DNA from: an uncultured Gammaproteobacteria bacterium
GTDB taxonomy: Bacteria; Patescibacteriota; Patescibacteriia; UBA9934; GWF2-40-263
Direction of reading: 5' to 3'
NCBI GenBank assembly: GCA_964538435.1
Contig: CAZIDX010000004.1
Coordinates: 769 to 64,768, forward strand
Length of the DNA stretch: 64,000 bases
This document shows, piece by piece, positions 27,663 to 37,461 of the stretch. The stretch's first letter is position 1. Each line of letters starts with the position of its first letter. Under the pieces are notes generated by a model. The model was not told the origin of the DNA. It did no database searches and saw only the letters and a program-made list of their open reading frames with translations. Position numbers and translations under genes: made by a program.

Positions 27663-30600
27663 ATGAGCAAATTTGTCCATCTTCACAGCCGCTCTCACTT
27701 CTCGCTTCTTGAAGCGCTTCCTAAGGTTGGGGAGCTTATTGAGCATGTGAAAGGCATGGAGATGGATGCGGTGGCGATCACAGACAATGGGACCATGTAC
27801 GGCATGATCGAGTTTTATCAGAAAGCAACAAAGGCTGGGATAAAACCAATCATGGGATGTGATTTTTATGTGGCTCAGCATGGTCGTCATCAAAAGCGTG
27901 CGCGTATTGATACAAAACCTCATCGTCTTGTTTGTCTTGCTGAGACATATGAGGGGTACTTAAATCTCCTTAAGCTGACTTCGGTTGGGTTCCTTGAGGG
28001 GTTTTATTATAAGCCGAGAATCGACAAGGAGATTTTGAAAGGAAACGTGAAAGGAGTGATTGCTCTCTCTGGTGGTCATCTGGGAGAGATCGATGAACTC
28101 TTGCGCCATGACAAGACGGAAGAAGCTGAGCAGCTTGTGAAGGAATTTGTTGATCTGTTTGGTGAGAATAATTTCTTTTTAGAGCTTGTTGATCGGCCTG
28201 AGATTGCAGAGCAGGAAGCAACGAATGCAAAGCTTATTGAGCTTGGGAAAAAGACAGGGGTTGGTGTGGTTGCTACAAAGAATACGTTTTATCTTAAGCC
28301 TCAGGATGTTGAGGCGTGGAAGATTTTGAATTGTATTAAGGGTGGAAGGACGCTTGAGCATTTTGATCGTATCAACCAGTTTGATTTTGATGCGTCCATG
28401 GTGAGTGGGGAGTACATGGAAGAGCGGTTTGCAGATGTGCCTGAGGCGATTGAGAACACAAGAAAGATTGCTGACCGATGTCATGTTGAGCTCGAGCTTG
28501 GGAAATGGCATTTTCCACTTTTTGAGATTCCAGAGAATAAAACATTTCGCGAAGTGCTCACTGAGCAGACGTTTGCGGCGCTTGAAAAAAAGAAGGGTCG
28601 CGAACTCACAGAGGTTGAGGTTGAGCGCTTGAATTATGAGCTTGATATTATTGATCAAAAAGGTTTTTGTGCATATTTTTTGATCACATCTGACTTTATT
28701 CAGTGGGCGCGTGACAATGGAATTATGACCACGACGCGTGGTTCAGCTGCAGGGTCGCTTGTTGGATACTCGATTGGAATTTCATCTATTGATCCGCTTT
28801 TATACGAGCTTCCGTTTGAGCGGTTTTTGAATCCTGAACGACCGAGTGCACCTGATATTGATGCTGACTTTGCTGATAACAGACGTGATGAGGTTTTGAA
28901 TTATGTGCGTGAGAAATATGGCTATGAGAAAGTGGCGCAGATTTGTACATTTGGAACTATGCTTGCGCGTGGATCTGTGCGAGATGTTGGGCGTGCACTT
29001 GGGTTTGAGTATTCGATGATTGATGAGATTGCCAAGCTTGTTCCAATGGGGTCGCAAGGTTTTGCAATGACACTTGCGCGTGCGCTTGATGAGTCGCCAG
29101 ATCTGAAGAAAAAATACAATACAGATGCGAATGTTCGGCGGGTGATTGAGCTTGCTCAGCAGATTGAGGGGTGTTCTCGGCATGTTTCAATTCATGCTGC
29201 AGGAACAGTTATTTCACCAACAGCGCTCACGGATTTTACTCCGCTGCAGATTGATACGCGTGAAGGTAAGATTATTACTCAGTACGAGATGAAATCCGTT
29301 GAGTCGGCCGGGCTTGTGAAGCTTGATTTTCTTGGTATTAGAAACTTGTCGATTCTTGGAGACGCTGTGCATTTGGTGCGAAAGGTGAAAGGGGATGAGA
29401 TTGATGTTGAGCAGATTCCTGTTGATAACAAAAAGACGTTTAAGCTTTTGGCTGCTGGTCATACTATGGGGGTGTTTCAGCTTTCAGGAGATGGAATGAC
29501 AAAGTACCTGATGGATCTGCGACCAGAGCGCGTGGAAGATATTATGGCCATGGTGGCGCTTTATCGTCCTGGGCCAATGGAAATGATCCCGGATTATATT
29601 GATCGAAAGGATCACCCAGCGAAAATCAAGTTTTTGGATCCTCGAATGAAAGAGTTTTTGCAAAAGTCATATGGACTTTTGGTGTATCAGGATGATGTGA
29701 TGCTTACAGCGATTCATTTGGCTGGGTACTCTTGGCTTGAGGCAGATAAGCTTCGAAAGGCCATGGGTAAGAAGATTCCAGAAGAGATGGCAAAGCAGAA
29801 GATTAAGCTTTTGGATGGATTTGTGGAGCATGGGCTTAGCAGCAAGATGGCGCGAAAGCTTTGGAAGCTTATTGAGCCATTTGCAGCGTATGGGTTTAAT
29901 AAAGCTCATGCGGCGAGTTATGGAATGGTGGCGTATCAGACGGCGTACATGAAGGCGAATTACCCGGCTGAGTACATGACAGCGCTCATGACGGCTGAGT
30001 CAGGTGACTTGGAAAAGATTGCAGAGGCAGTGAATGAGTGTGAGCGAATGGGGATTGAGGTGCTTGCGCCTGATATCAATCTTTCGCTCAAAGATTTTAC
30101 GTACATCAATGACAGTGAAATTCGTTTTGGTCTTCTTGTGATTAAGAATCTTGGCAGTGAAGTGATCGAATCCATCATTGAAGAGCGAAAAGAACATGGT
30201 GAGTTTAAGGACCTGGCTGATTTTGCTGGACGGATTTCTCATCGGGCTTTTAACAAGAAATCACTCGAAGCACTTATTAAGGTTGGTGCGCTTGATCGTT
30301 TTGGTGAGCGGAGACGATTGCTTGAGAACATGGATCGAATTCTCATGCATAACAAGGGGGTGCAGCAGCAAAAGGCGTCGAATCAACAAAGTTTGTTTGC
30401 TCTTGCTCCGAATGTGATGGATTCTCAAATCAAGCTTCGGGAGAGTGAGCCAGCAAAGATGCAAAACCTTCTTGCTTGGGAGAAAGAGTTGTTGGGATTG
30501 TATGTTTCTGCGCACCCGTATGATCCTGTTGCTGAGCGGATTGGGACACTTGTTACATCATGCGAGGATGTGCCAAAGCAGGCTAAGGATGCATTTGTGA

Positions 30601-31175
30601 AATGCGGTGGAGTTGTGACGTATCTTAAAGAGATCATTACAAAGAAAGGCGACCCAATGGCGTTCATGGGGATTGAGGATCATACGGGTCAGCAGGAGGT
30701 GATTGTGTTCCCTCGAACGTATGAGCAAGCGAAAACGTTTTTAGAGGAAGATCAGATGTATCTTGTTTCCGCAAAGGTGTCCAAGCGCGAGGGAGAAGAA
30801 GCAAAGCTTATTGCAAATAGTTTTGTGCCGATCAGTGAAGATGTTATTGATGGGGTTGAGAGCATGCTTCGCTCTGGACAATGGGCGAGTGCAAGTGGTC
30901 CACCTCCGTCTGTTGCGCCGCCTCAGGAGAAAAAGGATGAGCCAAAGGATGAAAAAAGTTTGTCTATTGCGCTGAAAGGAAAGCCAACGCCAGACATGGT
31001 TCAGCAGCTTAGGGAGATCCTCTCATCTTCTCCGGGGATTGCGCCGGTGCGACTTTTGGTGGAATCTGGCGGTCAGTTTAGGCGAATTGATACGGATTAT
31101 CGGGTTAGAATCAAAGACCAGCTTGTGTCTGACATTGCCCAGCTTGTGGGTAGGCAGAATGTAATTGTGGAATAG
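27663..31175 (+). CDS. dnaE: DNA polymerase III alpha subunit
   Basis: PHP domain (FVHLH, AITD), RGSAAGS, PDIDADF, KLDFLG, YGFNKAH, OB fold. Confidence 0.97.
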   Translation: MSKFVHLHSRSHFSLLEALPKVGELIEHVKGMEMDAVAITDNGTMYGMIEFYQKATKAGIKPIMGCDFYVAQHGRHQKRARIDTKPHRLVCLAETYEGYLNLLKLTSVGFLEGFYYKPRIDKEILKGNVKGVIALSGGHLGEIDELLRHDKTEEAEQLVKEFVDLFGENNFFLELVDRPEIAEQEATNAKLIELGKKTGVGVVATKNTFYLKPQDVEAWKILNCIKGGRTLEHFDRINQFDFDASMVSGEYMEERFADVPEAIENTRKIADRCHVELELGKWHFPLFEIPENKTFREVLTEQTFAALEKKKGRELTEVEVERLNYELDIIDQKGFCAYFLITSDFIQWARDNGIMTTTRGSAAGSLVGYSIGISSIDPLLYELPFERFLNPERPSAPDIDADFADNRRDEVLNYVREKYGYEKVAQICTFGTMLARGSVRDVGRALGFEYSMIDEIAKLVPMGSQGFAMTLARALDESPDLKKKYNTDANVRRVIELAQQIEGCSRHVSIHAAGTVISPTALTDFTPLQIDTREGKIITQYEMKSVESAGLVKLDFLGIRNLSILGDAVHLVRKVKGDEIDVEQIPVDNKKTFKLLAAGHTMGVFQLSGDGMTKYLMDLRPERVEDIMAMVALYRPGPMEMIPDYIDRKDHPAKIKFLDPRMKEFLQKSYGLLVYQDDVMLTAIHLAGYSWLEADKLRKAMGKKIPEEMAKQKIKLLDGFVEHGLSSKMARKLWKLIEPFAAYGFNKAHAASYGMVAYQTAYMKANYPAEYMTALMTAESGDLEKIAEAVNECERMGIEVLAPDINLSLKDFTYINDSEIRFGLLVIKNLGSEVIESIIEERKEHGEFKDLADFAGRISHRAFNKKSLEALIKVGALDRFGERRRLLENMDRILMHNKGVQQQKASNQQSLFALAPNVMDSQIKLRESEPAKMQNLLAWEKELLGLYVSAHPYDPVAERIGTLVTSCEDVPKQAKDAFVKCGGVVTYLKEIITKKGDPMAFMGIEDHTGQQEVIVFPRTYEQAKTFLEEDQMYLVSAKVSKREGEEAKLIANSFVPISEDVIDGVESMLRSGQWASASGPPPSVAPPQEKKDEPKDEKSLSIALKGKPTPDMVQQLREILSSSPGIAPVRLLVESGGQFRRIDTDYRVRIKDQLVSDIAQLVGRQNVIVE

Positions 31176-31212
31176 TGTATAATAGTAGGTGACAACAAAG
31201 CGAAAAAACGCT

Positions 31213-32499
31213 ATGCCTCCAGCAAAAAAGAAAACAGCTACAAAAAAACGTGTATCCGTGAAAACAGCAAAGAAACCTGCTGCAAAAAAAGCGCCAGCAA
31301 AGAAAAAGCCGGTTGCGAAAAAACGGGTGCCTGTAAAAAAGAAGCCAGCGGTAAAGAAGCCGCCGGTGATTGAGCACGAGCCAGGTGCTGTGCCACTTGC
31401 TATGTATCGCCATATCGCTCTTGCGTTTGTGGTGGTGGTTGCGATTGCCTTGATGGGTATTTTGTATCTTGCAACCATGCAGGCTGTTATTCACGTTGAT
31501 CCTGTTGAGACAGTGGTGAGTGCAGAGTTTATTGTGAATGGAACAGAGACACAAACGAGTGAGCTTGAGATTCCATCAGAAATCATTGTTGGTACGATTG
31601 GAAAGACAGAAACATTCATGCCAAACGGTGATGGCACAAAAGAGGTGTTTGGAGTCGCAATAGGGCAGGTGACCATTTACAATGACATGAGCTCTAGTCA
31701 GCCACTTGTTGCAACAACGCGTTTGCTTACGCCGGATGATGTACTTTTTAGGATCAAAGAAGATGTAACTGTTCCTGCAAATGGTTCTGTGGTTGTGGGG
31801 GTCTATGCAGACGAAGAGGGGGCTTCTGGTGATGTTGAGCCAACCACGTTTACCATCCCAGGTCTTTCAGCGGCCAAGCAAGCGCTTGTGTACGCAGCAA
31901 ATGACGCAGCGTTTACTGGAGGTGTGAGTTTGGTATCGGTTGTGTCAGCAGAGGAGATGGAAGCCGCAGCATCTGGAATGGAAGAGGTGCTACTTGAAGA
32001 TGCAAAATACATGCTCTGGGAAGAGTCATCACAAGAGTATGCAGGTGAGGTATTTGATATTGAGGTGGTGGAGAAGACTTATAGCATTGAACCCGACAGT
32101 GAGGCAGAGAGCTATGACGTAACGATTACGCTTCAGATCGGTGCAGTGTTCTATGATGAGGTTGCGCTTGATAGTTTGGCTGAGATGAAGATTTATGAAG
32201 GCTTGGGTCAAGGGCAAGAGTTTGTGGATACGGGCGTGTCAGATATGGGTGTTGTGCTTGAGGGGTACAATGATGAGTCTGGAATCGCCTCGCTGCACGT
32301 CACTCTTGACGGCAGGGCAATTGCGTCTCGGGCGAGTGATGCACTTGAGGTTGATCGGTTTGTTGGGATGACAGAAGAAGAGGTGAAGACACTGCTTGTG
32401 GATGAGGGTGTGGCTGAGGATGTGAGTGTGGACTTCTTCCCGATTTGGGTAAGCAAGATCCCGAGACTGCAGGATCATGTGTATATTGAAATTGATTAA
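31213..32499 (+). CDS. Membrane protein with Lys/Ala/Pro-rich N-tail and baseplate-J-like extracellular domain
   Basis: KKPAAKK repeats, one TM, then A.G.VTIYN...QPLVATTRL...F.IPGL pattern. Confidence 0.6.
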   Translation: MPPAKKKTATKKRVSVKTAKKPAAKKAPAKKKPVAKKRVPVKKKPAVKKPPVIEHEPGAVPLAMYRHIALAFVVVVAIALMGILYLATMQAVIHVDPVETVVSAEFIVNGTETQTSELEIPSEIIVGTIGKTETFMPNGDGTKEVFGVAIGQVTIYNDMSSSQPLVATTRLLTPDDVLFRIKEDVTVPANGSVVVGVYADEEGASGDVEPTTFTIPGLSAAKQALVYAANDAAFTGGVSLVSVVSAEEMEAAASGMEEVLLEDAKYMLWEESSQEYAGEVFDIEVVEKTYSIEPDSEAESYDVTITLQIGAVFYDEVALDSLAEMKIYEGLGQGQEFVDTGVSDMGVVLEGYNDESGIASLHVTLDGRAIASRASDALEVDRFVGMTEEEVKTLLVDEGVAEDVSVDFFPIWVSKIPRLQDHVYIEID

Positions 32500-32538
32500 C
32501 TTGACGCCCCGCCTTGGCGGGGCTATTATTTATCCATC

Positions 32539-32755
32539 ACTGTGATAAAAGACATGTTTGCAAGACATGCGTTGGAAAGAGAAAGAGAGTCTAGGCTGAA
32601 AGCTCTCTACAACAGCGCTTGCAAGTACCACTTTTTGAGTGATCCAGCTCTGGAAGAGCAGAATTGAGCGGCCTGAAGGGTGAACCTGATGGCAATCCGG
32701 GTGGAACCGCCCCGCTGAGCGGGGTCCCGAAGCTTCACTTTTTGTGGAGTTTTTT
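32539..32755 (+). promoter_or_regulatory. Thr T-box riboswitch
   Basis: Stem I with AGAGA and GCTGAAA boxes; specifier ACC at 32627-32629; T-box AATCCGGGTGGAACCGC at 32694-32710; terminator at 32729-32755; upstream of thrS. Confidence 0.9.
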
Positions 32756-32777
32756 GATTATTAACTGTTCAATTACT

Positions 32778-34574
32778 ATGGACGATAAATTACATGCCAT
32801 GAGGCATACGGCTGCGCATGTGCTTGCAGCAGCGGCTCAGCGTTTGTATCCGGATGCAAAGTTTGGAGTTGGCCCTGTGGTCGATAATGGGTTTTACTAC
32901 GATATTCTTTTTCCAGAACCTGTTTCTGAAGATGTGCTAGACGCGCTTCAAAAAGAAATGAAAAAGATTCTCAAGGAGAGTCATGCGATGGAGCGTAGTG
33001 AGCTTTCGCTTGATGAAGCTATTGAGTTTTTCGAGGAGAAGAAACAGGATTTTAAAGTTGAACTTCTGCGAGATCTTAAAGAGAAGGGGACAACGAAACT
33101 TAATGCAGATGATGCAGCTGACCTTGATCTTGATCGGCCTGATGTTGCATCGCTGTATACAACTGGAGAGTTTGTTGATTTGTGTCGCGGACCTCATCTT
33201 GAGAAAGCGAAATGGATTGGAGCGTTTAAGCTTTGGAAATTGGCTGGAGCATATTGGCGCGGAGATGAGAAGAATGCGCAATTGCAGCGCGTGTATGGAC
33301 TTTGTTTTGAGACAAAGGATGAGCTCGCTGCCTATTTGAAGATGCTTGAGGAGGCTAAGAAGCGAGATCACAGAAAACTTGGAAAAGATTTGGACCTTTT
33401 TACGTTCTCAGAACTTGTTGGGTCAGGGCTTCCTCTTTGGACTCCAAAGGGTACAACAGTGCGCTTGCTGCTTGATGAGTTTGTGTGGAGTCTTCGTAAG
33501 GCTCGTGGGTATGAGCGTGTTGAGATTCCTCATATTACAAAAAAGGATCTTTATGAGACCTCTGGGCATTGGGAAAAGTATCAGGATGATTTGTTTAAGA
33601 TCACAACGCGTGAGGGGCATGAGTTTTGCATGAAGCCTATGAACTGCCCACATCACACGCAGATTTTTGCACGCAAAAGATATAGTTACCGCGAGATGCC
33701 ACAGCGTTATGCAAACACAACGATGTGTTATCGCGATGAGCAGAGTGGTGAGCTTCATGGTTTGTCTCGTGTGCGCGCGTTTGCGCAGGATGATGCGCAT
33801 GTGTTCTGTCGAGAGTCTCAGGCAAAGGAAGAGTTTTTGAAGATTTGGGATATTGTGGAAGCGTTTTATGCTGGAGTAGGTTTTGGTGAGCTTGATGTGC
33901 GTCTTTCACTTCGAGATCCAGATCAACCTGAGAAATACTTGGGATCGGCTGAGGGTTGGGAGCGTGCTGAAAAAGCGATTCGCGAGCTTGCAGCTGAGCG
34001 TGGTGCTGATACTACTGAGGATTTGGGCGAAGCAGCATTTTATGGGCCTAAGATTGATTTTCACGCAAAGGATTCACTTGGGCGAAGCTGGCAGGTGGCA
34101 ACCATTCAGCTTGATATGAACATGCCTGAGCGGTTTGGGCTTTATTGCGTGAATGAGGAGGGTGAGCAGGAACAGGTTGTGATGCTTCATGCTGCGATCA
34201 TGGGTTCAATTGAGAGATTCCTTTCAAACTTACTTGAGCATACGGCTGGAGCGTTTCCGTTCTGGCTTGCGCCCGTGCAGATCAGGGTTGTGAGTGTGTC
34301 GCAGGATTATGGTGAGTTTGCTCAGGAGTTGACGGACAAGCTTGTAGGCGCTGGTGTGCGCGCAGATCTTGATAATTCTGCAGAGAAGGTTGGGAAGAAG
34401 ATTCGCAGCGCGGCCATGGAAAAGATTCCGTGGACAATCGTTGTGGGGAGCAAGGAGGTTGAGGGAGGGGACTTTAAAATCAATGTGTTTGGGCAGGAGG
34501 AAGATATTGTGTTCTCGCAAGATACATTAATTGAGGAGGCACAGAAGGCTGGTGAGATTCCGAAGGAAAAGTAA
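32778..34574 (+). CDS. thrS: Threonine--tRNA ligase (no TGS domain)
   Basis: RHTAAH, DLCRGPH, RDHRKLG, KPMNCP, AAFYGPK; ATG at 32778. Confidence 0.97.
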   Translation: MDDKLHAMRHTAAHVLAAAAQRLYPDAKFGVGPVVDNGFYYDILFPEPVSEDVLDALQKEMKKILKESHAMERSELSLDEAIEFFEEKKQDFKVELLRDLKEKGTTKLNADDAADLDLDRPDVASLYTTGEFVDLCRGPHLEKAKWIGAFKLWKLAGAYWRGDEKNAQLQRVYGLCFETKDELAAYLKMLEEAKKRDHRKLGKDLDLFTFSELVGSGLPLWTPKGTTVRLLLDEFVWSLRKARGYERVEIPHITKKDLYETSGHWEKYQDDLFKITTREGHEFCMKPMNCPHHTQIFARKRYSYREMPQRYANTTMCYRDEQSGELHGLSRVRAFAQDDAHVFCRESQAKEEFLKIWDIVEAFYAGVGFGELDVRLSLRDPDQPEKYLGSAEGWERAEKAIRELAAERGADTTEDLGEAAFYGPKIDFHAKDSLGRSWQVATIQLDMNMPERFGLYCVNEEGEQEQVVMLHAAIMGSIERFLSNLLEHTAGAFPFWLAPVQIRVVSVSQDYGEFAQELTDKLVGAGVRADLDNSAEKVGKKIRSAAMEKIPWTIVVGSKEVEGGDFKINVFGQEEDIVFSQDTLIEEAQKAGEIPKEK

Positions 34575-34583
34575 GGGTAAAAC

Positions 34584-34614
34584 AAAACACCCTCGCGATT
34601 GCGAGGGTGTTTTT
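34584..34614. terminator. Bidirectional terminator
   Basis: aaaacaccctcgc-gatt-gcgagggtgttttt. Confidence 0.8.
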
Positions 34615-34623
34615 GTTCTGTTG

Positions 34624-36582
34624 TTATCCAATCTTTACTGTAAATACATGGCTTGGAGCCTTGTTCGCACGGTCTTTTAGGTCCTGGAACCTACCAAAGG
34701 CAGGTGAGTCTTTTCGGAGTCGAATGTCGCCTAGATCCATAGGTGCATTCTTCAATGCATCAAATGCTTTTTTCATATCAGATTGACCACCAAGCATCTT
34801 CTTAAAGAATCCCTTTAGACCCTTTTCGCTTGTACCAAGCTGAAGAAAATCGTTCCAGGTATTTGGCATTCCAAATGTTTCCATGCTTGTACCTCCACCA
34901 CTCTTTGCTTCATCCATGGCAATGCCTCCTTTAACCATTTCATACCACGCCTTGATTCCGTCGAGTTGTTCGACTGACATGCCAAGTTCTGCTGCAGCAG
35001 CATCAATAACTGCTGAGTCTACAGCAACTTCTTCTTCAGCAAACCACTCTTCCATATCATCGTCTTCTGCTTCTACAGCTGCTTCTGCCACGCCTTCTGC
35101 CCCAGTCTCTGCTTCATCTTCTTCTGTTTCTTTGATATATCCTTCGACTTCTTTTCCATCAAGAATGTCGAGGGTTTGTTTGAGAACATCTTTTTGAGCT
35201 TCTGAAGTGCTTTCTTGACCTAGCATGAAGTCAATGAATTCACGCACTCCTTCTTCGCTTCCGTCATTGGCCATGTCAAGAAGTTGGTCTTGGAGCTCTG
35301 TTTTTGCAGCCGCCTCTTCTTGCTCAACTGAGAAATCAAGCAAAATTCCGCGTTCGCCTAGTTCTGCTGCTTCTTCAGAGAGCTCGTTGAGTGTGTCGAG
35401 GTAGCCACCAGTTTGGTCCATGACAGTTGCTTGTTCGTCTGCATCGTCATCGTCCCAGTCATCCATTCCAAATCCAAGCTGCTCTCCATAATGGGCTGCC
35501 CAGCCGGTTGGATCAGGTAGGCGCTTTGCAGCTCGTTTTAGATGCATTCCCATTGACCATTTTGAGCGATCGATTTGGTCTAATCGATCTTCAATTTCAT
35601 GTGTTTGCTCTGCGATTTGAGATTCTGCTTTTTCTTCTGTCTCTGCAAGAGCTGCGCTGAGTTTTTCAACGTTTCTTAGCATTGGCAGTACAATCTGGTG
35701 CTTTTTCTTTTCGGTGATAAAGGCATTCAACTTCATTGTTTCTGCTGCACTGAGATAGCCTTTGTTTTTATCAAACTTTTCTTCAAGAGCTCGGATTTGA
35801 CCATCAAGCTCGTCGATGCGTCCCTGTGTTGCATCAGCACCTTCCTGGTATACAGCTGAAAATTCTGGCACAACAACACCTTCTGCGTTTGCTCGAGCTT
35901 TGTCAGCGTTGAATTCTCTTCGGTTTTCTTCTCTAATCGCTCCGCTACGTTCATAGGCTGCCGCGCTAGCAAGAAGTGACTTGGCGTCAGCGATTGTTTT
36001 GTCATGCAGTGACGCTGCTTCATCTACATCCACTTGTGCTTTTCGTGCTGCAAGATTTAGTTCGGATAGTTTTGGCCTGTTGGCAATCACTTCTTGCAGC
36101 TGCTTTGGTTTCATTTTCTTAAGCTCAGAAATTTTTGCCGTAATAACTTCACCTGACTTGTCTCCAGCTGCTACTGCATCTAGAAGAGTAAGGGTTTTAA
36201 CTGCTCCAGCAGCCTGCTTGTAGATCTCTTGATCAGCTTTTTCAGTGATTCCCATTGCTACTAGAGACGCTTCTAGTTGGTCATCAAAGGTTGATTGTAG
36301 ATCTGCAACAGTTGGTGCAGATTTTTCTCGAATCTGAACAAAGTTTTCCGGCACAATCACAAATCCTTCTTCTGATTTTAGTGTGTGCTTGCCGTCTTCA
36401 TTGGCAACAAGAGTGAATTCAACCTTGTTTTCTCCAATTTGGATTTCCATTGTTTCCCCAACAGAAAGCTCAGGAAGTTCCTTTTTTGCAGCCCCCTCCT
36501 GGTTATCTTTGCCAGCTTGTGCCTCTTGAGCATCTTTTAGCTCTTTTGGGTCAACAGCTCGCGCTTCGGCAGATTTTGCCAT
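34624..36582 (-). CDS. Large acidic coiled-coil hypothetical protein
   Basis: 652-aa ORF, E/A/K/D-rich; TTGACA (36675-36670) promoter upstream. Confidence 0.75.
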   Translation of the reverse strand: MAKSAEARAVDPKELKDAQEAQAGKDNQEGAAKKELPELSVGETMEIQIGENKVEFTLVANEDGKHTLKSEEGFVIVPENFVQIREKSAPTVADLQSTFDDQLEASLVAMGITEKADQEIYKQAAGAVKTLTLLDAVAAGDKSGEVITAKISELKKMKPKQLQEVIANRPKLSELNLAARKAQVDVDEAASLHDKTIADAKSLLASAAAYERSGAIREENRREFNADKARANAEGVVVPEFSAVYQEGADATQGRIDELDGQIRALEEKFDKNKGYLSAAETMKLNAFITEKKKHQIVLPMLRNVEKLSAALAETEEKAESQIAEQTHEIEDRLDQIDRSKWSMGMHLKRAAKRLPDPTGWAAHYGEQLGFGMDDWDDDDADEQATVMDQTGGYLDTLNELSEEAAELGERGILLDFSVEQEEAAAKTELQDQLLDMANDGSEEGVREFIDFMLGQESTSEAQKDVLKQTLDILDGKEVEGYIKETEEDEAETGAEGVAEAAVEAEDDDMEEWFAEEEVAVDSAVIDAAAAELGMSVEQLDGIKAWYEMVKGGIAMDEAKSGGGTSMETFGMPNTWNDFLQLGTSEKGLKGFFKKMLGGQSDMKKAFDALKNAPMDLGDIRLRKDSPAFGRFQDLKDRANKAPSHVFTVKIG

Positions 36583-36734
36583 ATATGTTGTTTTGTTAAA
36601 GAAATTGTAAAAAGTTAGCCCGCACAGGGGCTTTAAATTCTTTTAAAATATAGCAGAAAAAGGGGGTTTTGTCAATCAAGCTGTTGACAAACTTTGAGAT
36701 TTGCGTATACTCAAAAGCTGCTATGGAGGCCAAC

Positions 36735-37229
36735 ATGGGAACGATTCACCCTTTTGCCGCGCATGATGCGCGAATCAATCGGGTGTGCCACAGCGCGCTC
36801 CCGAACCATTACCACGTTGCTGAGTTCATCGCTCAGACATTGCGTGATCACGACGGTTCTGTCTTGGTGGCGAGGATGCTCTGCGAGCATCTGACGCGCT
36901 ACGAGTACACTCGTGAAGCATCAGAAGAGCGTGTTCAGGCGTTTGCACCCATGGTGGGCAACGATGCTCTTCGTATGCGTGTGTGCCTGCACATGTCCCA
37001 GAACGATGGGCGGAATGTGGACGCTGCTGACGCGTATGAGGCTGCGTTGGCGAATTGCGCTGAGAACTACTGGTACATGGAAAGTGAGAACAAGGTCTGG
37101 AGTTCGCGGCGTAAGCTCGCGATCAAGAACGGCAAGTTCACGACCGCGTTCTTCGCTTCCATCCTTCACACGGCCTTTGCGATGCTCTCGGATACACCGA
37201 TTGAGCTCGTAGAGACGGCTGCGGTCTGA
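36735..37229 (+). CDS. Hypothetical protein
   Basis: ATG 36735 after GGAGG; TTGACA(36684)-16-TATACT; hairpin terminator at ~37234-37267. Confidence 0.65.
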   Translation: MGTIHPFAAHDARINRVCHSALPNHYHVAEFIAQTLRDHDGSVLVARMLCEHLTRYEYTREASEERVQAFAPMVGNDALRMRVCLHMSQNDGRNVDAADAYEAALANCAENYWYMESENKVWSSRRKLAIKNGKFTTAFFASILHTAFAMLSDTPIELVETAAV

Positions 37230-37278
37230 CAACGACCCTGGGGTAAACAACGATGTCCCAGGGTTTTCTGATACGCTC

Positions 37279-37370
37279 GTTGCTGTGTGTGATTTCATTC
37301 ATTCGGCGGAGCCGGGCCGTCTCGCTAGATAGACGACCACCACCTCATGAATGAAATCACACACAGCAAC
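37279..37370. repeat. Hairpin repeat family 2, copy B
   Basis: Perfect 24-bp arms gttgctgtgtgtgatttcattcat / atgaatgaaatcacacacagcaac around the shared core. Confidence 0.85.
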
Positions 37371-37461
37371 TTCGCTCCAGTTGGGTTATCAATATTTTGT
37401 TCTTCCGATAGAGTTTACGTTGGCAGTTGTGCCTTTTTTTGTTACGCTTGGGCCGAAATCT

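Noticed and set aside
31213-32499. Prophage or contractile tail locus from the baseplate-J-like domain
   Set aside because: Single membrane-anchored gene between dnaE and thrS with no other phage genes
32664-32777. N-terminal extension of ThrS in the ORF track (similarly MiaB 37351-37461)
   Set aside because: These extensions translate the T-box leader or a hairpin repeat; true starts are 32778 and 37462
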